Shown: piece by piece, positions 20,199-30,128 of the stretch
Layout: each line of letters opens with the position of its first letter
How positions within the stretch are numbered: position 1 is the first letter of the stretch
Made by a program: the position numbers and the translations under genes
The notes under the pieces: model-generated
Seen by the model: the letters and a program-made list of their open reading frames with translations, nothing else
Databases searched by the model: none
Told to the model about the DNA's origin: nothing
Assembly (NCBI GenBank): GCA_029256085.1
Contig: JAQSYP010000002.1
Span: 264,426 to 328,425 of the forward strand
DNA: 64,000 nucleotides
Source of the DNA: Bacillales bacterium
GTDB lineage: Bacteria; Bacillota; Bacilli; CAJFEE01
Reading direction: 5' to 3'

Positions 20199-20618
20199 TT
20201 ATGGCTCTGGAACTATTCTTAAAAAATTGTTCCAAAGTTTTAATGCAGACATTGCCTGTCCAACCGTCTCTGTATCATCTTTGGTCTTTATAGCACCATT
20301 CATACGGGAAAGATTATCTACAAAAAGTAAATAGTCTGCCTCAGCATAATTCAAAGCAATTAAGTACTTATTTTTCTCCCACGAAGACATTAGCTTTCTT
20401 GACGAAACCTCCGCATCACTCCATCGTTCTTCCTGTGCATAATTAATTATGTTGTTAAGTTCACTTTCAATTGGTTTAGTTGAAGTAAGAACTGCATATC
20501 TTGCAATGAAGTATGCTATAAATAGTAAAACTACAATACCAAGCAATGAGTTAGTAACAGTTCTATTTCTCACGCCTAGTCCCCCTTTTTTCTTAACGCT
20601 ATAACCGATTATTGACAA
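20199..20618 (-). CDS. DUF4363-like membrane-anchored protein (partner of DUF421)
   Basis: 139 aa with an N-terminal TM. Gene order with DUF421 is conserved in Bacilli. Confidence 0.45.
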   Translation of the reverse strand: MSIIGYSVKKKGGLGVRNRTVTNSLLGIVVLLFIAYFIARYAVLTSTKPIESELNNIINYAQEERWSDAEVSSRKLMSSWEKNKYLIALNYAEADYLLFVDNLSRMNGAIKTKDDTETVGQAMSALKLWNNFLRIVPEP

Positions 20619-20704
20619 AAGAATGACTGCATAAACATTATCTTTTTTGCTTTTAGATTAAATAAAAGACACACTTTATAATAATAAGTGTGTCTTTTAG
20701 TCTA

Positions 20705-21412
20705 CTATTTTTTTCCTAATGAAAATCCTTCAAACAGTCTACCACCATATGGTTGTAGAACCTCATCTACTAAATTAATTACTGCACATTTTTTATTATT
20801 TTTATAGAATTCATCAAAAGCATATACAAACTGTTCTGCAAACTCTAAATCATACTGCTTTAATGAACGCAAAGCCCATTTTGATGTACCAGTCCACTTA
20901 CGGTTTGTTCGCAAAACAAATTCGATTACTAAATCAGCTAAAGCATTTGCAACAAAAATCCCTTCTGGTCTATTACCGCATCCGATAAAATCTTCTAATA
21001 CATCTGTTATAAAATATCTTTTAAAATTTATAGTTTCGCTAGTCCAGGCTTCTGGACCCTTATCAAGAAGTTTTTGCGCTTCATTTTTTATAATGTCGAG
21101 TATATTTTCATCCTTTAAAACAAATCCCTCTGAAACCATTCTAGGCAACGAAGGTCTTGCCCTTTTACAGTCATTTTCAAAGTAATCTTTATAAGAAATA
21201 AAGTTATGTACAAATATTTCAATCGGCCATCCGAAAGCTATTAGTGATTCGCGATAGGCTGTGGAGATATCGTTACAGAAAACAACAATATCTAGATCAG
21301 ATGTTTCAGTAAATTCTCCCCTAATAACACTCCCTGCCAATACTGCTCCTTGGCAATCTGGAAAATATTCACTAATAAAGTTTCTTGCAGCTTCAATAGG
21401 CTCTTGTCTCAT
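20705..21412 (-). CDS. nucleotidyltransferase domain protein (Pol-beta superfamily; possible antibiotic nucleotidyltransferase)
   Basis: AVLAGSVIRGEFTETSDLDIVVF is the GS…D.D NTase motif; plus a C-terminal helical domain. Confidence 0.6.
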   Translation of the reverse strand: MRQEPIEAARNFISEYFPDCQGAVLAGSVIRGEFTETSDLDIVVFCNDISTAYRESLIAFGWPIEIFVHNFISYKDYFENDCKRARPSLPRMVSEGFVLKDENILDIIKNEAQKLLDKGPEAWTSETINFKRYFITDVLEDFIGCGNRPEGIFVANALADLVIEFVLRTNRKWTGTSKWALRSLKQYDLEFAEQFVYAFDEFYKNNKKCAVINLVDEVLQPYGGRLFEGFSLGKK

Positions 21413-21440
21413 TTTTTGACCTCATAAAATTTTTATATGT

Positions 21441-21558
21441 TTTCCATATTTTCTGCACATTTATGTTTTATATTAAGTACATGAAAACCTTTCATGCCTT
21501 AAAACCCTAACCTTTTTCTGTGGATTCTCGAAACCACAGTATTTTTTTTGCCTAAAAT
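21441..21558. repeat. interspersed ~105-bp repeat, copy D
   Basis: As copies A–C. Confidence 0.7.
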
Positions 21559-21566
21559 CCACTTTT

Positions 21567-22226
21567 TTAATTATTTTCTATTTTGTTAATTAATTCAGCT
21601 AGTGACATTTTTAAATTATCATTTTCAGTGAATTCTATGTGTCTAAATACCTTATTGCTTTGTTCATCGATAATAAATTTACCTTGATTTGAACCTATAG
21701 GGTAATAAACTTTTTCATTCAAATTATAGAAATCTTCTTTATCCTCTCCGGCAAAAAGAATTACTTTTTCGCCAACCTTTGAAAGTGGAATCCCGTTAAA
21801 AGTTACAGCTACTAAATCAGATGACAATTTTACAGGTATGTTAAACTTATCACTGACATACTTTTGAATATTCCCTTTCGTGGTTATACCTCCAGCTTCA
21901 ACTACACTAATAACATCACCCTTTTTTATATTACTAGTAAAATTTTTTGTAACTCTTATTTTTAATTTAGAGAATGTATTTGTTTTAAAATCAAAGTATT
22001 CAATATCGAGTATTTTACCTTCGAAAATTGTATCAGAATTTAACTTTAATTCTGATACGGTATTATATGTTTTTACGGAATCCGCAAAAGCCGAAACAGT
22101 TTTTATATCGCTTAATTTTACTTTGTTGCTAATGTTTAGTATTTTAACTCTATCTTTCTGATAATATGTAAATATACCTATCACAATGATTGATAGAGAT
22201 ATAAAGCTGATTATATATTTTTTCAT
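21567..22226 (-). CDS. hypothetical signal-anchored extracytoplasmic protein (219 aa)
   Basis: N-terminal TM (MKKYIISFISLSIIVIGIFTYY). Intact paralog of the relic at 16441–16545. Confidence 0.5.
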   Translation of the reverse strand: MKKYIISFISLSIIVIGIFTYYQKDRVKILNISNKVKLSDIKTVSAFADSVKTYNTVSELKLNSDTIFEGKILDIEYFDFKTNTFSKLKIRVTKNFTSNIKKGDVISVVEAGGITTKGNIQKYVSDKFNIPVKLSSDLVAVTFNGIPLSKVGEKVILFAGEDKEDFYNLNEKVYYPIGSNQGKFIIDEQSNKVFRHIEFTENDNLKMSLAELINKIENN

Positions 22227-22345
22227 TAATTTTCACCCCATATTTTTATAACTATAATTTTATCATAGGTTGGATAATTATCTATTTAAAAGAACTTAGA
22301 AATTACAAAGGAAAGGAGCTGATCCAAATGGGTAGCTCCTTCATT

Positions 22346-23113
22346 TTATAAAACTATATTAAAATATTCTTTTAATGCGTTGTTATATTCTTCGTCTGTT
22401 TTTGGTACAAAAGTTTTAATACCTTCACTTGTCGATACCCTAAAATCTGAACCTAATATAGTATTTATTCCATAATTCGTTCTAATTGCAACTCTAACAG
22501 TATTTTTAAAAATAGAGTCATCAGAATTTTCGCACCAATAAGACGGCATGATGAAATCTTTTGGCAACTGTGGTTCTTCAGTAAACGAATATAATTTATG
22601 CCACTGATCCTCTTCCTTCTCAAAAAGTATCCAACCAAAATAATAATCTTTTACTAACTTGTAAGAGGTGTGACCATCATTTTGTACTAATCCTTCTATC
22701 ATCTCTATCGGTTTAAGTGGAGAATTCACACCGACTCCTACATCGCATATATAAAATTTACCGTTAATTTTTACTTTTAAAACATGGTGTTGACGCATTG
22801 GAGGCAAATTTTCCTCATATCTCCAAAAACGCGCTATATAATCAGTTACCCTAAATCCAAGTTCTCGAAGTAAAGAACCGAATAGCGCATTCAGTTCAAA
22901 ACAAAAACCCCCGCGATTATTACACACAATTTTTTGATATAGCTGTTCAACGTCAAGTGAAATAGGTTTACGGTTTATAATATCAAAATTTTCAAATGGG
23001 ACCCTCTTAAGATGACATTCTTGCAATTTTGAGAGTGTATTCAAGTTAACTTCTATTGTACCTTCATAACCAATTCTCTCTAAATATTTAGTAACCTCAC
23101 TGCTCATAATCAA
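22346..23113 (-). CDS. arylamine N-acetyltransferase (NAT)
   Basis: RVPFENFDI and NRGGFCFELN motifs (catalytic Cys in RGGxCxELN). Confidence 0.85.
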   Translation of the reverse strand: MIMSSEVTKYLERIGYEGTIEVNLNTLSKLQECHLKRVPFENFDIINRKPISLDVEQLYQKIVCNNRGGFCFELNALFGSLLRELGFRVTDYIARFWRYEENLPPMRQHHVLKVKINGKFYICDVGVGVNSPLKPIEMIEGLVQNDGHTSYKLVKDYYFGWILFEKEEDQWHKLYSFTEEPQLPKDFIMPSYWCENSDDSIFKNTVRVAIRTNYGINTILGSDFRVSTSEGIKTFVPKTDEEYNNALKEYFNIVL

Positions 23114-23251
23114 GTCCCCTATAATACAGTTTATACTACTAGTCTATTATATTTAAATATCTAGTAATCATGTTATTTATGGCTATTTAAAGGAGTTAGA
23201 TTAGTATGTACTGAATTAATAATATATAAGAGAAAACTGGGGGGAATTCAA

Positions 23252-24196
23252 GTGGAAGATGTCAAAGTAGCCGTAGTTCAAGCCGCGTCAGTTGTTATGG
23301 ATAAAGATAAAAGTACAGAAAAAGCTGTAAAACTAACACTAGAAGCAGGAAATAACGGAGCAAACATTGTTGTTTTTCCAGAAGCATTTATTCCTGCTTA
23401 TCCAAGAGGTCTTAGTTTCGGAGCAGTAGTTGGGAGCCGCTCTCTTGAAGGTAGAAAAGATTTTTACCGATATTGGGAAAATTCGATAGCTGTTCCGAGT
23501 GAAGAAACTGATAGATTAGGTGAAGCAGCTCGTAAAGCTGGAGTTTATTTAGATATTGGTGTAATTGAGAGAGATAATGAATATAGCAAAGGAACTTTAT
23601 ACTGTACTATGTTATATTTTGGACCTGACGGCACATTGCTAGGTAAACACCGTAAATTAAAGCCAACAGGCTCGGAAAGATTAATTTGGGGCGAAGGTGA
23701 TGGAAGTACTCTGCCAGTATTTGATACGCCTTTCGGAAAAATCGGCGGACTCATTTGCTGGGAAAATTACATGCCCCTCGCAAGAGCAGCAATGTACTCG
23801 AAAGGTGTACAAATATACATTGCTCCAACTGCTGACTCGAGAGACTTGTGGCAATCTACTATTCGTCATATAGCGGCTGAAGGTAGATGCTTCGTGCTTT
23901 CATGCAATCAATATGTAACTAAAGAAATGTACCCTTCTGACTTAGCTTGCTTTGAAGATTTAGTAAACTCACCTGATGAGATGTGCCCTGGTGGGAGTGC
24001 AATTGTTGGCCCGTTAGGTGAATATATAGTCAGTCCAGTTTGGGGGAAAGAAGATATCTTATATGCTTCCTTGAACTTACAAGATATCGCATATAGTCAG
24101 TTCGATTTCGATGTTGTTGGCCACTATTCAAGACCTGATGTATTTCAGCTAGTTGTTAATGATGAGAAAAAAGAAAATGTAGTATGGAGAAGCTAA
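23252..24196 (+). CDS. nitrilase / carbon-nitrogen hydrolase family protein
   Basis: VKVAVVQAASVVMDKDKS…IVVFPEAFIPAYP (catalytic Glu), KHRKLKPT (Lys) and GGLICWEN (Cys) form the catalytic triad. GTG start. Confidence 0.85.
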   Translation: MEDVKVAVVQAASVVMDKDKSTEKAVKLTLEAGNNGANIVVFPEAFIPAYPRGLSFGAVVGSRSLEGRKDFYRYWENSIAVPSEETDRLGEAARKAGVYLDIGVIERDNEYSKGTLYCTMLYFGPDGTLLGKHRKLKPTGSERLIWGEGDGSTLPVFDTPFGKIGGLICWENYMPLARAAMYSKGVQIYIAPTADSRDLWQSTIRHIAAEGRCFVLSCNQYVTKEMYPSDLACFEDLVNSPDEMCPGGSAIVGPLGEYIVSPVWGKEDILYASLNLQDIAYSQFDFDVVGHYSRPDVFQLVVNDEKKENVVWRS

Positions 24197-24198
24197 AA

Positions 24199-24228
24199 GT
24201 TGGTTCCATGAACCAACTTTTTTATTTG
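24199..24228 (+). terminator. rho-independent terminator
   Basis: GTTGGTTC-CAT-GAACCAAC hairpin followed by TTTTTT. Confidence 0.6.
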
Positions 24229-24302
24229 AAAAATCTCCTTCAATTATTTCGGATTTCCATTATAATTAGTTAGTATGTCTAATTTGAAAGAGTGGATTTA
24301 TT

Positions 24303-25241
24303 ATGAAAAATAAAATTGTGTTTGGTATTTTGTGTGCCATAGTTTGCGAGATTATATTTGGTTTTAGTTTTCTTTTTACAAAAAAAATTACAAATACTGT
24401 TTCAACTTTAAATTTATTAAGTTGGAGATTTATAATAGCATTTCTATTTTTAAATATATGTGCACTACTTCGAATAATTAAGTTGAATTTCAAAGGAAAA
24501 CAACTAAAGTCTTTATTTTTAGTAGCTTTGTTTCAACCAGTAATTTATTTTATCGGAGAAACTGTTGGTATTAACCTTACTACTGCTTCTGAAAGTGGTG
24601 TAATAATTTCAAGCATTCCGATAGTTACCCTGTTATTTTCAGCATTAATATTGAAGGAATCTCCAACTAGATTACAAATTTTAGGCGTTAGTACTACTGC
24701 TGTTGGTATTTTGATCATGGTACTAGTTAAAGGGATTGAAGCTTCATTTAACCCAATTGGCTATATTATGTTATTTCTCGCAGTAATTTCATATAGTTTA
24801 TATTCCGTTTACTCAGAAAAAGCTACAGAATTCAGTAGTATTGAAAAAACATACGCAATGATGGCATTTGGTGCTATCACATTCACATTTATGGCACTGA
24901 TTCAAAATATTAATTCAGGAACACTTAAGGAATATTTACTATTACCAGTAGAAAACCCTGATTTTTTAAATGCGATTGGTTATCTAAGTATTGTCAGCTC
25001 AGTTGTTGCATTTTTATTATATAATTTAGCAATAGAATATCTTGGAACTAATCGTACAGCCTCATTTGTAGGTGTTTCAACAATTGTAACTGTAGTTGCT
25101 GGTGTTATTTTTTTGAAAGAAGATTTTTCTTCGTATCAAATTATTGGAACGATTCTTGTAATTGTTGGAGTTTATTTAGCTAATATTATTAAAGATGACG
25201 ATTTAAAATCACAAAACTATGAAGTTAAAAAGGTAAGCTAG
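24303..25241 (+). CDS. DMT superfamily (EamA-like) transporter
   Basis: About 10 TM segments with the two-repeat EamA architecture. Confidence 0.65.
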   Translation: MKNKIVFGILCAIVCEIIFGFSFLFTKKITNTVSTLNLLSWRFIIAFLFLNICALLRIIKLNFKGKQLKSLFLVALFQPVIYFIGETVGINLTTASESGVIISSIPIVTLLFSALILKESPTRLQILGVSTTAVGILIMVLVKGIEASFNPIGYIMLFLAVISYSLYSVYSEKATEFSSIEKTYAMMAFGAITFTFMALIQNINSGTLKEYLLLPVENPDFLNAIGYLSIVSSVVAFLLYNLAIEYLGTNRTASFVGVSTIVTVVAGVIFLKEDFSSYQIIGTILVIVGVYLANIIKDDDLKSQNYEVKKVS

Positions 25242-25247
25242 AAAGTT

Positions 25248-25775
25248 CTAGCTTACCTTTTTTTCAACTTTTTCAATAATTATTGTGAAAAATAGCAAAA
25301 CAATTAACGGTATTAATAGTAAATTTTCTCTTAAAAATAAATTATATGCAGCCTCATATCCAGATTGCGGAGTTGGGTACCCAACCTCTTTTTGAAAGTT
25401 AAAAATCAATTCTACAATTATCGCAATAAAAATAACAAGTTTAATCTTCAGTCCACTCTTAACTAATTTAATCATATACGCTTCTAGCTTATTAGACTTT
25501 ATATATAAAACTATTTGATAAACTATTAAAACTAAACTAACAAATATCACCAATCCATGTGGAGTAAGCGGTTTAAAATAATTGCCCCAAATTTCATTAC
25601 TACTACTAAAATCATTAATATACTTATATGATGCTAGAAATGATATACAATTACCAATAGCAATAGGCATATATGTTTTAAGAACCTTACTGAGAATTAC
25701 TAAAAACAATGAACATACAAACATTATTAAGTATCCTATCAATGACCTCTCTTTGAAATCATTTAACATAGCCAA
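25248..25775 (-). CDS. hypothetical integral membrane protein
   Basis: 175 aa with 4–5 TM segments. Confidence 0.4.
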   Translation of the reverse strand: MAMLNDFKERSLIGYLIMFVCSLFLVILSKVLKTYMPIAIGNCISFLASYKYINDFSSSNEIWGNYFKPLTPHGLVIFVSLVLIVYQIVLYIKSNKLEAYMIKLVKSGLKIKLVIFIAIIVELIFNFQKEVGYPTPQSGYEAAYNLFLRENLLLIPLIVLLFFTIIIEKVEKKVS

Positions 25776-25857
25776 ATAAACATATGGAATACTACTAAGA
25801 AAAAGTAATAGTAATTGATAGTATTTAATATTTATTTCCCCCTGATCTTAGAGCATT

Positions 25858-26496
25858 TTAATCTAAAATCGCTATTGCTCTTACTGGTGCCCCGTCTGCT
25901 TCTTGAAATTTTATAGGTAACGCAAAAAAAGTAAACAACTCCTCACCAATTTCACCTAAACGAGTTAAGTTTTCTATAACAACGATATCATTTTCTGCAA
26001 AAAGTTTCTTGTGAATTGTTAAGTTAAAATCTGAAATTGGATCGATTCCAATAACATCTAATCCAACACCCTTTTTCTTTGTCTTTATTAAGTAATCTGC
26101 AACTTCCTCAGTAATGTACGGGTAATCACCGAAGTATGATTCCGATCCCCATTTTTTATCCCATCCTGTATAAAATAGCAGGAATTCAGCATCGTTTGCC
26201 TTTTTTTCATTAATAAAATCCATAGTAATTTTGTCGCCATCTCCTAATGAACTACAATCAACTACTAGTGCTTTTCCTAAGAATTGTTCAACTGAATAAG
26301 AATCCAAAGTTGGCCTATGCGAAAATAAATGTGCCGGTGCATCCATATGTGTTCCAGTGTGCGAATACATAGTTAGCAATGTTTCTTTAAATCCGTGTTG
26401 TTCATATGTATTAGAAACTCGTAGTTTAGGACCCTCTGTACCTGGATAAACAGGCATATTTTCTGATATTGTATGTGTTAAATCAATAATTTTCAT
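25858..26496 (-). CDS. cyclase family protein (kynurenine formamidase-like)
   Basis: IDLTHTISENMPVYPG and HTGTHMDAPAHL motifs. Confidence 0.75.
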   Translation of the reverse strand: MKIIDLTHTISENMPVYPGTEGPKLRVSNTYEQHGFKETLLTMYSHTGTHMDAPAHLFSHRPTLDSYSVEQFLGKALVVDCSSLGDGDKITMDFINEKKANDAEFLLFYTGWDKKWGSESYFGDYPYITEEVADYLIKTKKKGVGLDVIGIDPISDFNLTIHKKLFAENDIVVIENLTRLGEIGEELFTFFALPIKFQEADGAPVRAIAILD

Positions 26497-26562
26497 ATGA
26501 TCACCCTCGATATTTTTCTAGTACTTTTCTTATTTAACTTATATAGGTTTCTATCGGTAGTT

Positions 26563-26904
26563 TTAGTCTATAACTGTAATCTTTTTTGCTTTTGCTTGAG
26601 CTGGATACGACTCGTTAATTCCACCCTCTATGATGTATTCTACTTTATTACCCTTTTCAAAAACTTCATCACCATCATAACTTAAATAAATTAGTGAAAG
26701 ACCTTCCCCCATTAGGTCCTCAAATGAAATATTTTTTATTAATTCATATTTTTCATGAGTAATGTTTTCTGCGACTAGTATTCTATTATCTTCAACCTTT
26801 ATTACATACCCGGTGTTTTTTATAGTAGGTTCTGACACCTGAGTGCAACCTGTTAATATAAAAATTAAGACAAAAAATATCCAGTATTGACACTTTGACT
26901 TCAT
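26563..26904 (-). CDS. hypothetical lipoprotein
   Basis: ATG after AGGAGTG. Lipobox LTGCTQ. Confidence 0.45.
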   Translation of the reverse strand: MKSKCQYWIFFVLIFILTGCTQVSEPTIKNTGYVIKVEDNRILVAENITHEKYELIKNISFEDLMGEGLSLIYLSYDGDEVFEKGNKVEYIIEGGINESYPAQAKAKKITVID

Positions 26905-26923
26905 GTTTTCACTCCTATCATAT

Positions 26924-28327
26924 TTAATCCACATACCCGTAACCCACAATTTTCACCTTATCAATCGAAGCGTAAACGATAAAGTTATTAGGGATTTGAT
27001 ATTTTTCTGTCGTAGTAAAATCTAGAAGATAAACTTCTTTACCAATATAATTACTATCTTTGATTTCACCCATATATTCTTTTAACAGGACTTTTGAAAG
27101 TCGAACCTCTTTATCTTTATCAATTCTTGATTTGTGTTTATCTGAAAGCTGGCTTTTCACTTTTTTAATAACTGTATCCGTACTTTTAAGCTGAGACACA
27201 AATGCTTTTGGAACAGTAAAATTAAAAAAGTTTCCGATTTCAATAGACTCGCAACCTACTAAATAATACTCTATTCCGTAATCTGTCTTCCTATCTTCAA
27301 CATATTTACAAGCCGTAGTGTTAATCCCTGCACCAGTTCCAGCATATCCATCTTGCGTGTTATCTGATGTGTAATGAATTAACTTGCCATCAAAAACTAG
27401 ATTATCAAATATTGGATCACCCTCTACCGTGTACCTTGTAATCCGGATGGTATCTGTAATATTATTTTTGACATTTTCTAAAAATCTAGCAAACTTATCT
27501 AAATTTTCAAACCCACTTGAAGAAGAAACAACATCGCCATTTATGATTGCATCCGCTACGGAGTAAGGTTTCTTTGGATTTACTACCTTTGTAGTTGTAG
27601 GTTTTTTACGTTTATTATTGTTGTATTTCAATAAGTCTGATACTGTTGTAAAAGTGTAGCCTTGTTCGTGCAGTGAAACTATGATTTTCTCTACGGACTC
27701 TAGTGATTCTTTTCTACTTTCATACATAACATGCAACAATATTATTGAACCTGGTTTGGTACTTCCAACCACATAATTAGCAATTGTATCCGAATTACTA
27801 TTAACTTCTAAGACGGTTTCTGGCTCTATATTCCAGAAAATAGTTTTTCTATTATGCTTTGATAAATAGTATGGTAGATATAGCAGTCTTTTTCCATATG
27901 GAGGTCGTACGTGTATGTCTCCCTCATAACCAATTTTGCGAATCAATTCATCAGTTTTTTCGATTTCATTTCTTATGAAGCTCGGCGACTTTAAGACCAT
28001 TCGTTCATGAGAATATGTATGATTACCAACTTCATGCCCTTCGATGACAATCTTTTCTGCTGCCTCTAAATCTTTTTCTATCTCTTTGCCTGTTAAGAAA
28101 AATGTCCCTTTTACATTATGCTTTCTTAATATATTAAGGATTTGATCCGTATTTACTCCAGGTCCATCATCAAAAGTCAAAGCGACCACTTTTTCTTTTG
28201 TCTCTACTTTAGTAACGAGTCCACCAAAAAACTGAAAAGACCTAGATTTTGAGATTTGAAAAAGCGAGAATGCTATTCCAATAGTCAGCATTATGGCAAT
28301 AATTGCAATAATAATTTTCTTTTTCAT
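26924..28327 (-). CDS. polysaccharide deacetylase (NodB-domain) family protein with N-terminal TM and a C-terminal extra domain
   Basis: VALTFDDGPGVNTDQIL and HEVGNHTYSHE NodB motifs. Start at the MKKK Met, with GGAG upstream. Confidence 0.75.
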   Translation of the reverse strand: MKKKIIIAIIAIMLTIGIAFSLFQISKSRSFQFFGGLVTKVETKEKVVALTFDDGPGVNTDQILNILRKHNVKGTFFLTGKEIEKDLEAAEKIVIEGHEVGNHTYSHERMVLKSPSFIRNEIEKTDELIRKIGYEGDIHVRPPYGKRLLYLPYYLSKHNRKTIFWNIEPETVLEVNSNSDTIANYVVGSTKPGSIILLHVMYESRKESLESVEKIIVSLHEQGYTFTTVSDLLKYNNNKRKKPTTTKVVNPKKPYSVADAIINGDVVSSSSGFENLDKFARFLENVKNNITDTIRITRYTVEGDPIFDNLVFDGKLIHYTSDNTQDGYAGTGAGINTTACKYVEDRKTDYGIEYYLVGCESIEIGNFFNFTVPKAFVSQLKSTDTVIKKVKSQLSDKHKSRIDKDKEVRLSKVLLKEYMGEIKDSNYIGKEVYLLDFTTTEKYQIPNNFIVYASIDKVKIVGYGYVD

Positions 28328-28352
28328 ATTTTTCTCCATCTAGTTTGATTTA

Positions 28353-28733
28353 TTATCTTATAATCTCAATAATCAACATAACAGCCAATCCAATACATAT
28401 ACCACTGTCCACAAAACTAATTATAAACTCCTTTTTATCTGGTTCGGCTTCAAGCTGATCCAAACCAGTAATCACATTATAAACTGCAATAAAAATCAAA
28501 TAACATATTGTAATAATTCCTCCAGTTGATACTTTCAATATAATTACTATTATGGAAAAAACAAATATTGTTATGAAGAATACCTTTTGAAGCTTCCTAA
28601 TTAATTCTTTATTTCTCTCATTAAAGTACTCATATCTCTTAAATGGATTACTTTTTATCTTTAGAAATTTCTTAAATGCTAAAAATGATATAAACTGGGC
28701 GACAATACAGACGAGAAGAACCTTTAAAAACAT
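28353..28733 (-). CDS. hypothetical membrane protein
   Basis: Four hydrophobic helices. Start at MFLKV after GGAGGG. Confidence 0.4.
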   Translation of the reverse strand: MFLKVLLVCIVAQFISFLAFKKFLKIKSNPFKRYEYFNERNKELIRKLQKVFFITIFVFSIIVIILKVSTGGIITICYLIFIAVYNVITGLDQLEAEPDKKEFIISFVDSGICIGLAVMLIIEIIR

Positions 28734-28925
28734 ATTTCCCTCCAATTTGAGCCATTTTCTTACTCTTACTGTTTAAAAATTCTACATGACTAATCTTAAT
28801 ACCTTTTATTACAAATTGTAGAGGTAATGTTCCTATATTTGTGGAATATATAACGCATAGAAGTATTAATAGGTGGGATTCATATTCGAAAGATAATAAC
28901 ATTTTCAATTACAATTTTTCTGCTT

Positions 28926-29201
28926 TTGACACTTAATAAGTTTTTATCGGAATTTTTCGAAGTAAAGTTTGTAGATCTCTCCGTGTTTGTTGGAGTTATA
29001 GGAGTAGCAGTAATTTATCTTTTTACATCATCTGGTGGATATTTTAGCAATAATTTAAACCTTCAAACTCAAGCTAGTACAGGAATAAAAATGGTTGAAG
29101 AGCAGAGGAGTTTTGCTGTTTCAATGGCTTTTTATGCTTCGGTTATTTATTTCCTTGTATCTTTAATAGTCACTTTTTTCGTCTATAGAAGCTACTTTTA
29201 A
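28926..29201 (+). CDS. hypothetical small membrane protein
   Basis: 91 aa with two TM segments. Confidence 0.35.
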   Translation: MTLNKFLSEFFEVKFVDLSVFVGVIGVAVIYLFTSSGGYFSNNLNLQTQASTGIKMVEEQRSFAVSMAFYASVIYFLVSLIVTFFVYRSYF

Positions 29202-29225
29202 GTTCTCGAACAGTGGGGTTTACAA

Positions 29226-29765
29226 ATGAAAAAAATTCTAATTTTAAATACAATTTTATTCGTCTTTATTGGTGTAGCTAAATTTTTAAACTATAAAAGT
29301 ATAAAGCGAATTTTAGATCATCATGATGGGAGTTTTATTAATATTGAGATGGATTTTTTAACTACTATGTATAGCACATCATATGACACTCGTGTTGGAA
29401 TTATTGATTTCTCAGTCTATATAATTTTGTTTGGAATCCTAATAAACGTATATTGGCTGTTTAAAGGATTTTTCATAAAACAAAAAAATCCATTAGCGAT
29501 CGCCTTAGGATTGTTTGCTCTAATTACAGCTATACTAGATTTATTTATGAACAACATTACTAATCTTCTGCTCCAACAAAATCCTGTCTTGCATTTTTTT
29601 CGCGAGTATTTCTATGAAATGGTTGTAGTAGAGAATTTACAATATAAAGAAGCAGGTAGTTTTTACATTCATTATTCTTATACAGCATACTTAATCCATA
29701 TAATCAGTTTTATAATAATTGGATTGCTAATAGATTCTTTTAGAAATAGGTATTTAAAAAAATGA
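29226..29765 (+). CDS. hypothetical membrane protein
   Basis: 179 aa with four TM segments. Confidence 0.4.
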   Translation: MKKILILNTILFVFIGVAKFLNYKSIKRILDHHDGSFINIEMDFLTTMYSTSYDTRVGIIDFSVYIILFGILINVYWLFKGFFIKQKNPLAIALGLFALITAILDLFMNNITNLLLQQNPVLHFFREYFYEMVVVENLQYKEAGSFYIHYSYTAYLIHIISFIIIGLLIDSFRNRYLKK

Positions 29766-29793
29766 CACTTCAACTCGTGTCATTTTTCTTATT

Positions 29794-29991
29794 TTATATT
29801 ATTTTCCTTTTCATAACTGCAATAACTTCTCTTGAAGTGCCTTGCCCAAAACTAGTATCAAAGCAAGAAATTAATTCCCAACCCTCTTGCCCGTTCTCAT
29901 TTAGTTCTCTTTCAAATTGTTCTTCATTCAGCTTTCCGCCAAAGAAGCCACCTGGCTTGAACTTAATAGATTTGTATTCCCATCTCTCCAT
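29794..29991 (-). CDS. DUF4177 domain-containing small protein
   Basis: MERWEYKSIKFKPGGFFGGKLNEEQFERELNENGQEGWELI matches the conserved DUF4177 pattern. Confidence 0.55.
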   Translation of the reverse strand: MERWEYKSIKFKPGGFFGGKLNEEQFERELNENGQEGWELISCFDTSFGQGTSREVIAVMKRKII

Positions 29992-30128
29992 ACTACAACC
30001 CCACTTTCTTATTTCTATTTAGTACAAATTAATATAATAATTCAATAAAATCAACCTCAAAAAAGCTATACGAAGGAAAAAGACTTTAACATATTGAATA
30101 TATTAATAGACTTTATTTATAATTAGAG

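Noticed and set aside
20705-21412. Naming the nucleotidyltransferase as a specific aminoglycoside or lincosamide resistance enzyme (ANT(4'), Lnu)
   Set aside because: Only the generic Pol-beta NTase motif (GS…DxD) is recognisable. I cannot see family-specific similarity without a database search.
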